DNA of 64,000 nucleotides from Candidatus Eiseniibacteriota bacterium. Its GTDB lineage: Bacteria > Eisenbacteria > RBG-16-71-46. The position numbers and the translations under genes are program-made. Shown piece after piece: positions 1-9,568 of this stretch (position 1 is the first letter of the stretch; the number at the start of each line of letters is the position of its first letter). The notes below the pieces were generated by a model. The model searched no databases and was not told where the DNA came from. It worked only from the letters and a program-made list of their open reading frames with translations. The stretch lies in the NCBI GenBank assembly GCA_963707915.1, contig OY970178.1:992001-1056000 (forward strand), read 5' to 3'.

Positions 1-542
1 AGACGGAACGGGAGCAGCATCCGGGCGAGGGCGCCGCCGCGGGGCGCCAGGACCAGGCCGAGGCGCGGGTGCACGACCCGGATGCCGCGAGCGGCGGCGG
101 GCACCGCGGCCGCCTCCCACGCGCGGCAGACCTCCGGCAGGAACCCCGTGCCCGCCGGGCTCGACTCGTCGAGCGGCTCGTCGCCGCGGTCGCCGTAGTA
201 GCCGACCGCCGAGACCGAGACCAGCACGCGCGGCGGGCGCTCGAGCGCAGCGAGGCGCCGGGCGAGCAAACCGGTCCCGGCCACGCGGCTCGCGCGGATG
301 AGCGCCTTGCGGGCCGGCGTCCAGCGCGCCCCGATGGGCTCCCCGGCGAGGTGGACGACCGCGTCGCAGCCTTCGATCCCGCGCGCGTCGAGCCGGCCGC
401 CCGCCGGGTCCCACTCGACCTCGCCAGGCCCGGTGGCGTGCCGGGTGAGCACGACGGCCTCGTGGCCGGCCGCGCGCAGCCCGGGCAGCAGCGCGCGACC
501 GACCAGGCCGCGCGCCCCGCTCACCAGCACGCGCAGGGGCAT
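1..542 (-). CDS. TIGR01777/YfcH-like NAD(P)-dependent epimerase-family oxidoreductase (runs off the left edge)
   Basis: Manual translation from ATG 542: MPLRVLVSGARGLVGRALLPGL...CDAVVHLAGEPIGARWTPARKALIRASRVAGT. It has a Rossmann GxxGxxG and the family-typical 'VVHLAGEPI..RWT' segment. Not in the ORF track because it is truncated. Confidence 0.8.
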   Translation of the reverse strand, partial: MPLRVLVSGARGLVGRALLPGLRAAGHEAVVLTRHATGPGEVEWDPAGGRLDARGIEGCDAVVHLAGEPIGARWTPARKALIRASRVAGTGLLARRLAALERPPRVLVSVSAVGYYGDRGDEPLDESSPAGTGFLPEVCRAWEAAAVPAAARGIRVVHPRLGLVLAPRGGALARMLLPFR

Positions 543-608
543 CAGGAGTCCCCGGCGGCGGGGCGCCGACCCCGGTCCACCCGCGACGCGCCCGTCATGC
601 CGGCGGCC

Positions 609-1373
609 CTACGCCGACCGCTTCCCCATCGAGTCCATGAAGACCTTGAGGAAGTCCACCGGCACCGGGAAGATCGTGGTCGAGTTGTTCTCGGTGGCGA
701 TCTGCGCCAGCGTCTGCAGGTAGCGCAGCTGCAGCGCCGTCGGCTCCTTCGCCATGACGGACGCGGCCTCGGTCAGCCGCGCGGCGGCCTGGTACTCGCC
801 CTCGGCATTGATGACCTTGGCGCGGCGCTCGCGCTCGGCCTCGGCCTGCTTGGCGATGGCACGCTGCATCTCCTGCGGCAGGTCCACGTTCTTGACCTCG
901 ACGGTGGTGACTTTCACGCCCCACGGCTCGGTCTGCCGGTCGATCACCTGCTGCAGCGCGGTGTTCAGCTTCTCGCGCTCGGCCAGCAACTCGTCCAACT
1001 CGGCCTGGCCGAGGATCGAGCGCAGCGTGGTCTGGGCGATCTGCGAGGTGGCGTACAGGTAGTTCTCGACCTGCACCACCGCCTGCTTCGGGTCGATGAC
1101 GCGGAAGTAGACCACCGCGTTCACCTTCACCGTGACGTTGTCCTTGGTGATGATGTCCTGCGACGGGACGTCCATCGTGACCGTGCGCAGGCCGACCCGG
1201 ACGGGACGGTCGATGATCGGGATGAGCAGCACCAGCCCGGGGCCGCGTTCGCCGACCAGCCGCCCCAGGCGGAAGACCACCAGCCGCTCGTACTCGCGCA
1301 CGACGCGGATCGCGTTCGCCAGGACGATGATCCCGAGGAACAGCAGGAACAGCAGGAAAGGTCCGAGAATCAT
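609..1373 (-). CDS. SPFH/band 7 (slipin, stomatin-like) membrane protein
   Basis: [11 protein letters not shown] segment, then '[14 protein letters not shown]...[21 protein letters not shown]...[15 protein letters not shown]...LQLRYLQTL'. Lies directly downstream of nfeD, the usual pairing. Confidence 0.95.
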   Translation of the reverse strand: MILGPFLLFLLFLGIIVLANAIRVVREYERLVVFRLGRLVGERGPGLVLLIPIIDRPVRVGLRTVTMDVPSQDIITKDNVTVKVNAVVYFRVIDPKQAVVQVENYLYATSQIAQTTLRSILGQAELDELLAEREKLNTALQQVIDRQTEPWGVKVTTVEVKNVDLPQEMQRAIAKQAEAERERRAKVINAEGEYQAAARLTEAASVMAKEPTALQLRYLQTLAQIATENNSTTIFPVPVDFLKVFMDSMGKRSA

Positions 1374-1375
1374 GT

Positions 1376-2779
1376 TCAGCCCTCCTTGGAGGGGCGCACG
1401 CGGAGCGTGAGCCCCTCGACGCCCGTGATGACCACTTCCGAACCCGCCTCCACGTCCGACTCGCTGGTCGCGCTCCACAACTCGCCGCCGATGCGCACCT
1501 GCCCCGTGGGCGCCAGGCGTCCCACGGCGAAGGCCCGCGTGCCCAGCAGCCCCCGGCTGCCCGTCGTCACCCGGAGCCCCTGCGCGCGCAGCCCCTTGCC
1601 CACGATGAACAGGAAGAAGAGCGTGGTCGCCGCCGTGGTGCCGGCGACGATCGACCACGAGAGCCGCGTGCTGCTGCCGTGGAACAGGATCATCGAGCCC
1701 AGCAGCAGCGAGATGACCCCGCCGGTGGCCAGCATCCCGTGGCTCGCCACCTTCACCTCGGCCAGGAAGAAGACGATCGCCAGGATGATGAGCGCCACGC
1801 CGGCGTAGTTGACCGGCAGGGTGGAGAGCGCCAGGAAGGCGAGGATCAGGCAGATGCCGCCCACGATGCCCGGCAGGATGGCGCCCGGGTTCTGCAGCTC
1901 GAAGAGCAGCCCGTAGAAGCCGAGCATCATCAGGATGTAGGCGACGTTCGGGTCCACCAGCACGCCGAGCAGCTTGTGCCGCAACCCCGGCTGGATCGGG
2001 TCGCGCGGCAGGCCGGCGAGGTGGAGCGTGGTCTCGACGCCGGGCCGCGAGACGGCGATGCCGTCGGCCTGCTCCAGCAGGTCGTCGAGCGAGTTGGCGA
2101 CGAAGTCCACGACGCCCAGCTCCACCGCCTCGTCCTCGCTCGCGGCCACCGCCCGGCGCACGGCGTCCTCCGCCCACTCCGCGTTGCGGCCGCGCTGCCG
2201 GGCGATGGTGCGGGCGAAGGCGGCCGCGTCGCTGGTGGCCTTGCGCGCCAGCGTCGAGTCCATGCCGCCCTGGAGGTTCACCGGCGTGGCCGCACCGATG
2301 TTCGTGCCCGGCGCCATCCCCGCCACGTCGGCTGCCATGACGATGAACACGCCGGCCGAGGCCGCGCGCGCGCCCGACGGCGAGACGTAGGCGACGGTCG
2401 GCACCTCCGCGACGAGCATCCTCTTGACCATGGCGCGCATGCTCGACTCGAGCCCTCCGGGAGTGTCGAGCTCGATCACCAGCGCCCGGTAGCCCTCGCG
2501 CTCGGCGCGGTCCAGCGCGGCGCCCAGCGCCTCGGCCGAGACCGGCGAGATCGGGCCCTCGATCCGCAGGACCAGGACGCGGCCCGCCTTCGCACCGTCC
2601 GCCCCGGCGGATCCGCGCTTCGCAGCGTCCGCGCGCATCGCGGTCGTGAACGACAGCCCCAGCGCCGCCACCAGCACGGCCAGGACGCCGGTCAGGCCGA
2701 GCACCGCCCTCGCCAGCGGGGCACGGCGCCGGTGCCGCCCGCGCAGCGGGTGGCGCGCGCCCGGGATCACGCTCCTCAT
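1376..2779 (-). CDS. nfeD: NfeD family membrane-bound serine protease (long form with ClpP-like domain)
   Basis: 'LDTPGG', 'RAASAG', '[10 protein letters not shown]', a TM bundle and a C-terminal OB-fold ('[12 protein letters not shown]'). Start ATG overlaps the upstream TGA (ATGA). Confidence 0.9.
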   Translation of the reverse strand: MRSVIPGARHPLRGRHRRRAPLARAVLGLTGVLAVLVAALGLSFTTAMRADAAKRGSAGADGAKAGRVLVLRIEGPISPVSAEALGAALDRAEREGYRALVIELDTPGGLESSMRAMVKRMLVAEVPTVAYVSPSGARAASAGVFIVMAADVAGMAPGTNIGAATPVNLQGGMDSTLARKATSDAAAFARTIARQRGRNAEWAEDAVRRAVAASEDEAVELGVVDFVANSLDDLLEQADGIAVSRPGVETTLHLAGLPRDPIQPGLRHKLLGVLVDPNVAYILMMLGFYGLLFELQNPGAILPGIVGGICLILAFLALSTLPVNYAGVALIILAIVFFLAEVKVASHGMLATGGVISLLLGSMILFHGSSTRLSWSIVAGTTAATTLFFLFIVGKGLRAQGLRVTTGSRGLLGTRAFAVGRLAPTGQVRIGGELWSATSESDVEAGSEVVITGVEGLTLRVRPSKEG

Positions 2780-3996
2780 GACGCCTCCTTCCCGGCCCGC
2801 CGCGCCAGCGCGGCGCGCCACGCCTCGGGATACTTGAGACCGCTGCCGGTGTCGTAGATCACGACGCGCTCCCGCGGTCCCACCTCGCCGCTCTCCCGCA
2901 TCCGCCGCAGCGCGGCGAACGTGGCGCCCCCCTCCGGACAGGCGAAGGCTCCCTCGTGCGCGGCCAGGTCGAACATGCCGTCCAGCATCTCCTCCTCGCC
3001 CACCGCCACCGCCGCGCCGCCGGTCTCGCGCAGCGCCCGCAGGATGAGCCGGTCGGCGAAGGGCGCCGGGACCCGAAGGCCGCTCGCCACCGTCTGCGCG
3101 TCGGCCCACGGCTCGGCGCGGTCCGCCCCCTGCTCGAACGCGCGCACCACGGGCGCGCAGCCCCGGGTCTGCACCGCCACGAGCCGCGGCGGCGGGCCGC
3201 TGGTCCAGCCCAGCTCGCACAGTTCGAGGAAGGCCCGCCACATGCCCACCAGCCCCGTGCCCCCGCCGGTAGGATAGAGAATCACGTCCGGCAGGCGCCA
3301 GCCCGACTGCTCGGCGATCTCGTAGCCCAGCGTCTTCTTGCCCTCCAGCCGGAACGGCTCCTTGAACGTGGCGACGTTCCACCAACCGGGCGCCGGCGCC
3401 CACGACGCCAGCGCCTTCCCCGCGTCCGAGATGGTGCCCGGCACCAGCCTCACCTCGGCGCCGAAGGCCCGCTGCTCCAGCACGAACGCCTCGGGCGTGT
3501 CCGACGGCACGGCGATGCGGCAGCGCAGGCCCGCGGCCGCCGCGTAGGCCGCCGCCGCGCTGCCGGCGTTGCCCGCCGAGGGCAGCGCGATGGCGTCCAG
3601 GCCGAAGGCGACCGCGCCGTTCACCGCCAGCGCCAGCCCGCGCGCCTTGAACGACTGGGTCGGGTTCGGCGACTCCTCCTTCATCCACAGCTGCTCGAGG
3701 CCGAGCTCCTTCGCGAGGCGCGGCAGCGGAAGCAGTGGCGTGCCGCCCTCCCCCAGGCGCACGACGGGGTGGTCCGCGGCGAACGGCAGCACCGCGCGGA
3801 AGCGCCACAGGTCCGTGCCAAAGCGGGCGAGCGAGCCGCGCGGGACCTCGCGGCGGACGCGCGCCAGGTCGTAGCGCGCGACCAGCGGCTGACCGCAGGC
3901 TCCGCAGACGGTGCGCGGCTCGGACAGGTCGCACGAGCCGCCGCAGGCGGGACAATCGAGGGCCTGCAGGCACGGATTGAAGACCAGGGGGGCCAT
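2776..3996 (-). CDS. thrC: Threonine synthase-family PLP enzyme
   Basis: N-terminal CxxC..CxxC, 'LGEGGTPL', '[10 protein letters not shown]' (PLP lysine), 'SAGNAG', 'YPTGGGTG'. Confidence 0.85.
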   Translation of the reverse strand: MAPLVFNPCLQALDCPACGGSCDLSEPRTVCGACGQPLVARYDLARVRREVPRGSLARFGTDLWRFRAVLPFAADHPVVRLGEGGTPLLPLPRLAKELGLEQLWMKEESPNPTQSFKARGLALAVNGAVAFGLDAIALPSAGNAGSAAAAYAAAAGLRCRIAVPSDTPEAFVLEQRAFGAEVRLVPGTISDAGKALASWAPAPGWWNVATFKEPFRLEGKKTLGYEIAEQSGWRLPDVILYPTGGGTGLVGMWRAFLELCELGWTSGPPPRLVAVQTRGCAPVVRAFEQGADRAEPWADAQTVASGLRVPAPFADRLILRALRETGGAAVAVGEEEMLDGMFDLAAHEGAFACPEGGATFAALRRMRESGEVGPRERVVIYDTGSGLKYPEAWRAALARRAGKEAS

Positions 3997-4005
3997 GGGT
4001 GCCCG

Positions 4006-4035
4006 AATCAAGCGCCCTTTCGCGGGCGGCGTCAA
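4006..4035 (-). promoter_or_regulatory. Putative sigma-70 promoter for the thrC-like gene
   Basis: TTGACG-N18-TTGATT, with 9 nt between the -10 box and ATG 3996. Confidence 0.45.
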
Positions 4036-4072
4036 GCCGGACGACGCCGCGGCCGGCCGCCGCGGCGCGCGG

Positions 4073-5029
4073 TCACTGGCGGCCGCGCCGGCTCCGCGTC
4101 TCGCCCTGCCGCTCCTCGGTCTCCAGCTCCTCGCGCAGGCGGAGGAACGACTCGAAGCGAAGGCGCGAGACGTGCCCCGCCTCCACCGCCGCGCGCAGCG
4201 CGCAGCCGGGCTCCTTCGCGTGCCGGCAGTCGCCGAAGCGGCACTGGCCGAGGAAGCGGCGGAACTCGACGTAGGCCTGCTCGAGGTCGCGCGAGCCGAC
4301 GCCCCACAGCCCGAAGGCACGCACGCCCGGCGTGTCGATCAACTCGAGGCCGGGGGCCGGCCGGACCAGCACCGCCGCGGTGGTGGTGTGGCGCCCCTTG
4401 CCGGTCTTCTCGTTGACCAGTCCCACGAGCAGGTCCAGCGCCGGGACCAGGGCGTTGAGCAGCGTGCTCTTCCCCACCCCCGAGTGCCCGACGAACAACG
4501 AGCGCCGCCCGTGCAGCGCGTGGCGCAGGGCGTCCACGCCCTCGCCGCGCGGCGCGCACACCGCGTGGCAGGGCACGCCGGCCCGCTCGTACTCGCCCAG
4601 CAGGGCGCGCGCGGTGTCCGCGGAGCCCAGGTCGGTCTTGTTGAGCACCAGCCGGGCGGGGATGCCGGCGTGCTCGGCCTGCGCGAGCACGCGGTCGGCG
4701 AACCCGGGCGTGAAGTCGGGTTGCGCCAGCGAGGCGACCAGCACGACCTGGTCGAGGTTCGCGGCCACCACCTGCTCGATCGCCTGCTCCCCCGCGGCGC
4801 GGCGCGAGAACACGTTCCGCCGCGGCTGGACCTGGTCCACCACGGCACGGTCGATGCCCTCCTCGAGCCGGACCAGGTCGCCCACCACCACGGCGTTGCC
4901 GAGCGCCTTGCGACGCCCCATGACCCGGCCGCGCACACCGGCCGGGAAGAGCGTGCCGTCCTCCGCGAACAGCACGCAGGCCCCGAAGTCCACGCGCGCG
5001 ACCAGCGCCCAGCCCGGCGCAGGGATCAA
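4073..5029 (-). CDS. rsgA: Ribosome small subunit-dependent GTPase A
   Basis: Circularly permuted GTPase motifs NKTD, GHSGVGKS, GRHTT, DTPG and zinc finger CRFGDCRHAKEPGC. TTG start inferred from the TTGA overlap with the kinase stop. Confidence 0.93.
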   Translation of the reverse strand: MIPAPGWALVARVDFGACVLFAEDGTLFPAGVRGRVMGRRKALGNAVVVGDLVRLEEGIDRAVVDQVQPRRNVFSRRAAGEQAIEQVVAANLDQVVLVASLAQPDFTPGFADRVLAQAEHAGIPARLVLNKTDLGSADTARALLGEYERAGVPCHAVCAPRGEGVDALRHALHGRRSLFVGHSGVGKSTLLNALVPALDLLVGLVNEKTGKGRHTTTAAVLVRPAPGLELIDTPGVRAFGLWGVGSRDLEQAYVEFRRFLGQCRFGDCRHAKEPGCALRAAVEAGHVSRLRFESFLRLREELETEERQGETRSRRGRQ

Positions 5030-6462
5030 CCCCAGCCCCCCGAACCGTTCACTGGCAGCGTGATGGTGAAGCAGGCCCCGTGGCCCTGCGGGCTCTCGGC
5101 GGTGATGCGGCCGCCGTGATTGGTGATGATGCGGTACGAGGTCGAGAGCCCGAAACCGTGCCCCTCGGGCTTGGTCGTGAAGTACGGCTCGAAGATGCGG
5201 GTGAGATTCGAGGCCGCGATGCCGGCGCCGGTGTCGGTGACCACGATCCGCACCAGCCGTCCGCGGTCGTCGGTCGAGCTGGTCACCCCGATGACCTTGC
5301 GCACCGAGGGCCGGTCCTTCATCGCGTCGGCGGCATTCACGAACAGGTTCAGCAGCACCTGCTGCAGCTGCCCCGGGTCCCCGCGCAGCGCCGGCACCTG
5401 CTCGGCCAGGCGCAGGTCCCACTCGACGCCGTCGAAGCGGTTCTGGGTGCGGACGAACTCGATCGAGCGCTGGACCAGCGCGTTCAGGTCCACGCGCTCC
5501 ACGACCAGCTCGGCCCGCGAGAAGTCCATCAGCCCCTTGGCGATGACCTCCATGCGCCGCGACTGCTCGATGATGATGCGCCCGCGGCGCTCGACGTGCT
5601 CGAAGACCTTGCGATCGGCGTCCTTGAGCAGCATCTGGGCGTGTCCGCTGATGGCGGCGAGCTGGGTGCGCAGCTCGTGGCCGATCTCGGCCGCCATCTC
5701 GCCCTTCGCCGCCAGGCGCTCGGTGTGGACGATCTGGCGCTGCGCCTTCTGGAGCTCGACGTAGCGCCGCCCCGACTCGTAGATCATGAAGAGCGGCGCG
5801 TAGAACAGCGCGACCCCGAGGTAGCCGATGGCGCCGTAGGAGATCACCATCAGGGGCGCGAGCAGGAACGCGGCGCCGTCCTCGAGCAGCCGCTCGGCGT
5901 AGAACCAGTCCTCGCGCAGCACCCGCACGTAGGGCCGGTCGGTGGACCAGGCCACCGCCACCGCCACCAGCGCGCGGTTCACCAGCAGGAAGCCGCGAAC
6001 AGGCCGAGCGTCGCCGGCGATCAGCCGCACCGCGATCGACTGGCCGGTCTGCACGTCCTCCGGCGGCATCGCGTGCAGACCGGTGGCCGGCCCCCCCAGC
6101 AGGGTGAAGATCCAGCCCGCCACCCAGAGCGTGATCGCCATCTGTCCGCCGTTGAACCAGGCGCGCGTCCACGGCTTGCGCAGCACCAGGAACTCCGCCA
6201 GCACCGTGCCGAGCGCCGCGATCCAGATGGCGGGATCGGGGCCCCAGAGCATGCAGGCGGCGAGCGTGGCGGTCGAGGACAGGCTCCAGGTGCCCTCCCC
6301 CGAGATGGTGCTCAGCCACATGCTCTCCGAGACCACGAAGATCACCAGCCAGGCCAGGTAGTGGCCCCACTGCGCCTCGAGCCCGCGCGGCAGGTGGAAG
6401 CCGAGCAGCAGCGCGGCCACCAGGCCGACCGAGACGACGTAGACCGCGAGCCTGCGGCTCAT
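5026..6462 (-). CDS. Membrane-bound sensor histidine kinase (multi-TM N-terminus, HisKA + HATPase)
   Basis: Several TM helices, then H-box 'EIGHELR', N-box 'QVLLNLFVNAADA', 'DTGAGI', 'FEPYFTTK' and 'GHGFGLS'. Confidence 0.9.
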   Translation of the reverse strand: MSRRLAVYVVSVGLVAALLLGFHLPRGLEAQWGHYLAWLVIFVVSESMWLSTISGEGTWSLSSTATLAACMLWGPDPAIWIAALGTVLAEFLVLRKPWTRAWFNGGQMAITLWVAGWIFTLLGGPATGLHAMPPEDVQTGQSIAVRLIAGDARPVRGFLLVNRALVAVAVAWSTDRPYVRVLREDWFYAERLLEDGAAFLLAPLMVISYGAIGYLGVALFYAPLFMIYESGRRYVELQKAQRQIVHTERLAAKGEMAAEIGHELRTQLAAISGHAQMLLKDADRKVFEHVERRGRIIIEQSRRMEVIAKGLMDFSRAELVVERVDLNALVQRSIEFVRTQNRFDGVEWDLRLAEQVPALRGDPGQLQQVLLNLFVNAADAMKDRPSVRKVIGVTSSTDDRGRLVRIVVTDTGAGIAASNLTRIFEPYFTTKPEGHGFGLSTSYRIITNHGGRITAESPQGHGACFTITLPVNGSGGWG

Positions 6463-7493
6463 CGCGCCCCGCCCGGCCGCGAGGCCGGCGCGACGCCGAG
6501 TCCGGGCCGCTCCGAGAGCGCGATCACGCCGCGCTCGCGCGGCGCGCCGTCGAAGGGATCGTCGGCCAGCAGCCAGTGGCCGTCCAGGTCGAGGTAGTCG
6601 GCCAGCGGGGCGAGCTGCGCCGCGGCCGAGAGGGCGAGGCTCGACTCGACCATCGAGCCCAGCATGACCTTGAGCCCCAGCGCGCGGGCCGCGTGGATCA
6701 TGCGCAGCATCTCGCGCAGGCCGCCGGTCTTCATGAGCTTGAGGTTCACGCCGTCCACGCACCCGGCCAGCGCGCCCAGATCCCGCAGGTGGTGCGCGCT
6801 CTCGTCGGCGAACACCGGGATCCCGCTGCGCTCGCGCACCCAGCGCAGCCCCGCGAAGTCCCCGCGCGGCACCGGCTGCTCGACCAACTCGACGCCGAGC
6901 GGCTCGATCTCGCGCAGCACGCGCACCGCGTCGGCGGGGCTCCAGGCCGTGTTGGCGTCCACCTGGAGCCTGCCCGGGTAGTGGCGCCGGATGCGGCGCA
7001 GGTTCTCGACGTCGCCGGGCGCGCCCAGCTTCACCTTGACCAGCGGGAAATCGAGCACGGCCTCCAGCTTCTCGTCCATCTCGGCGGGCGGGGCCAGGCC
7101 CAGCGTCACGCAGGAGCGCGGCGCGGCGGCCGCGTCGAGCCCCAGCAGCCGCCAGACCGGCAGCCCCAGCCGGCGGCCGACCCAGTCGTGCAGCGCCATG
7201 TCGAGCGCCGCGCGGGCCGCCCACTGTCCCTGGAGCACCGAGTCGAGCCGGGCCCCGAGCGCCTCGAACGCGAACGGGTCCTCGCCGAGGTGGGGCGCCC
7301 ACGCCTCCAGCGCGGCGACGGCCAGCACCCGGCTCTCGCCGTAGTAGGCGGCGGGCGCCGCCTCGCCGAGGCCCTCGATCCCGTCGTGCTCGATCCGCAC
7401 CAGCAGGTTCTCGTGGCCCCTGCGCGCCCCCGTCGACGAGATGCGGAAGTCGTGGGTGGTCCGCAGGTCGAGGGCCTCATGCCGCAGGCGCAT
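6459..7493 (-). CDS. Dipeptide epimerase (L-Ala-D/L-Glu epimerase-like, enolase superfamily)
   Basis: 'GLGEAAP', KxK motif 'VKVKLG', metal ligands in 'VDAN', 'VEQP' and 'ADES', 'NLKLMKTGG', and 'DLDG'. Confidence 0.88.
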   Translation of the reverse strand: MRLRHEALDLRTTHDFRISSTGARRGHENLLVRIEHDGIEGLGEAAPAAYYGESRVLAVAALEAWAPHLGEDPFAFEALGARLDSVLQGQWAARAALDMALHDWVGRRLGLPVWRLLGLDAAAAPRSCVTLGLAPPAEMDEKLEAVLDFPLVKVKLGAPGDVENLRRIRRHYPGRLQVDANTAWSPADAVRVLREIEPLGVELVEQPVPRGDFAGLRWVRERSGIPVFADESAHHLRDLGALAGCVDGVNLKLMKTGGLREMLRMIHAARALGLKVMLGSMVESSLALSAAAQLAPLADYLDLDGHWLLADDPFDGAPRERGVIALSERPGLGVAPASRPGGAR

Positions 7494-7587
7494 GGTCCCT
7501 CCGGGCGGTCGCGCGCGGGGCCGCGCCGCGGGGCATGGAGCGGCCTTCGGCGAAGGGCACGGGACCACGCGGCCGTCCGCTCATCGC

Positions 7588-8802
7588 TCAGCGCAGCGAG
7601 TCGTAGACCTGGATGTAGCGGTCCACCATGTCGTCCACGTTGAAGCGCTCGCGCGCGGTCCGCCGGGCGCGCCGGCCCATGGCGCGGCGCAGCTTCTCGT
7701 GCTTGAGCAGCTCGAGCACGGAACCGACGTACCCCTGGATGTCCGCAACCTCATGCAGGAACCCCGTCACGCCGTCCTCCACGACCTCGGGCAGGCCCCC
7801 GACGTTCGACGCCACGACCGGGACCTCGGCGCTCATGGCCTCGAGGGCCACCAGGCCGAAGCTCTCGGACGAGCTAGGCAATAGGAATACATCGGCAAGC
7901 GGGAGCAGTTCTTCCATGCAATCCTGATTCCCCAGGAATAGCACGTCCCGTTCCACTCCCAGCTTGCGGGCCAGTTGCTCGGCGGCCGGCTTCTCCGGGC
8001 CGTCCCCGATCATCACGAGCTTGGCCGCGAGGTGCTTGCGGACCTCGGCGAACACCTGAACCACGACCGGGATGTTCTTGACCTGTCGGAAGTTGGAAGC
8101 GTGCATCAGGACGCGGGTCTCGGGCGGCGCCAGCCTCACCCCGGAGGCGGAGCGCGGGACGAAGACCTCGGGGTCCACGAAGTTGTAGACCACCTCGATG
8201 GGCTTGGTGATGCCGAGGTTCTTCCGCGCGCTGTCGGCCAGGAAGCGGCTGACCGCCGTCACCCGGTCGCTCGACTGGATGCTGAACTGGGTGACGCGGA
8301 AGTAGGCCGGATCGACGCCGAGCACGCTGATGTCCGTGCCGTGCAGCGTGGTCACCACGTCCAGGCGACGCGGCTGCACCAGCTGGCGCGCGAGGTACGC
8401 GCTGGCCGCGAACGGCATGGCGTAGTGCACGTGCAGGAGGTCGAGCCCGTGGTTCTCCACCACCTCCACCATCTTGGTCGCGAGCGCCAGGTTGTTGGGC
8501 GGCTGCTCGAAGACCGGGTACGTGACCGGCGTGACCTCGTGGAAGAAGATGCTGGACTCGAAGCGCCGCAGCCGGAACGGCAGCCGGTGGGCGATGAAGT
8601 GCACGTCCCAGCCGCGGCGCGCGAGCCCCAGCCCCAGCTCGGTGGCGACCACGCCGCTGCCCCCGAAATGCGAATAACAGGTGATGCCGATCTTCCGCCG
8701 CGCCTGCGTGCGCGTCGCCTGCGGCGTCGCCGCCCGCTTCGCCGCCCGCACCTTCGTGGCCCGGCCCCGCGCATCGGGGCCCCGCCGCTTCACCGCGCTC
8801 AT
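7588..8802 (-). CDS. bshA: N-acetyl-alpha-D-glucosaminyl L-malate synthase (GT4)
   Basis: '[21 protein letters not shown]', 'HVHYAMP', 'TTLHGTD', 'HASNFRQVK', '[11 protein letters not shown]'. Adjacent to bshB1 and bshC. Confidence 0.93.
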   Translation of the reverse strand: MSAVKRRGPDARGRATKVRAAKRAATPQATRTQARRKIGITCYSHFGGSGVVATELGLGLARRGWDVHFIAHRLPFRLRRFESSIFFHEVTPVTYPVFEQPPNNLALATKMVEVVENHGLDLLHVHYAMPFAASAYLARQLVQPRRLDVVTTLHGTDISVLGVDPAYFRVTQFSIQSSDRVTAVSRFLADSARKNLGITKPIEVVYNFVDPEVFVPRSASGVRLAPPETRVLMHASNFRQVKNIPVVVQVFAEVRKHLAAKLVMIGDGPEKPAAEQLARKLGVERDVLFLGNQDCMEELLPLADVFLLPSSSESFGLVALEAMSAEVPVVASNVGGLPEVVEDGVTGFLHEVADIQGYVGSVLELLKHEKLRRAMGRRARRTARERFNVDDMVDRYIQVYDSLR

Positions 8803-9566
8803 CGCACGCCTCCTTCGAGTCCCACCGGCAACAGCGCGCGCGCGTCCGTGACCGGCACGGGACCGCGCACGCGGTAGCCCTCGCCGTAGCGGGCGCCGAT
8901 CAGGGCGCCCAGCGCGCGGCCGCGCGCTTCGATCTCTTCGACGAAACCCGGCGCGGTGAGGTAGGTCGCCGGCCCGCGCGCCGGGTCGAGCTGGCTGCGG
9001 TGCGCGCGCACCGCCCGCATCCGGGCCTCCCACGCAGGCCCCACGTCCACCACCAGGTGCGGCCGCGCCGCGCTGCGGTAGAGCGCGAAGAGCAGGCGCT
9101 CGGGCCGGTGACGCGGCGGACCCGCGGCGGCGACCCCGCCGGGTACCTCGCCGGCCGGCCGTGGGCCCGCGTCGAAGCGCGCGAGGCCTGCGAGGTAACA
9201 GGCGCGCTCGACCAGGCGCGAGGCCTCGACGTGGTCGGGGTGCGCGTCGTCCGCGTCGGGCGCCACCACCAGCCGCGGCCGGTGCTCGCGCAGGCAGGCG
9301 ACGACCGCCGCCTGCTGGGGGTGCGCGTGGCGGTCGATGCCGAGGTCCGGCAGCCCCAGGTTCCCCCGCCAGGCCACGCCCAGCTCGTGCGCCGCGGCCG
9401 CGGCCTCGACGGCCCGCTCCTCCACGTCGCCGCGCGTGCCCTTCTCGCCGCGCGTCAGGTCCGCGATGCCGACGGCGTGACCGTGGGCGGCGAGCAGCGC
9501 CGCGAGGCCGCCGCAGGAGAGTTCCACGTCGTCGGGATGAGCGCCGAAGAAGAGGGCATCCAGCAT
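8799..9566 (-). CDS. bshB1: Bacillithiol biosynthesis deacetylase (PIG-L family)
   Basis: 'FGAHPDDVELSCGG', 'DLTRGEKGTRG', 'HPDH', 'AHRSQ'. Confidence 0.9.
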   Translation of the reverse strand: MLDALFFGAHPDDVELSCGGLAALLAAHGHAVGIADLTRGEKGTRGDVEERAVEAAAAAHELGVAWRGNLGLPDLGIDRHAHPQQAAVVACLREHRPRLVVAPDADDAHPDHVEASRLVERACYLAGLARFDAGPRPAGEVPGGVAAAGPPRHRPERLLFALYRSAARPHLVVDVGPAWEARMRAVRAHRSQLDPARGPATYLTAPGFVEEIEARGRALGALIGARYGEGYRVRGPVPVTDARALLPVGLEGGVR

Positions 9567-9568
9567 GG

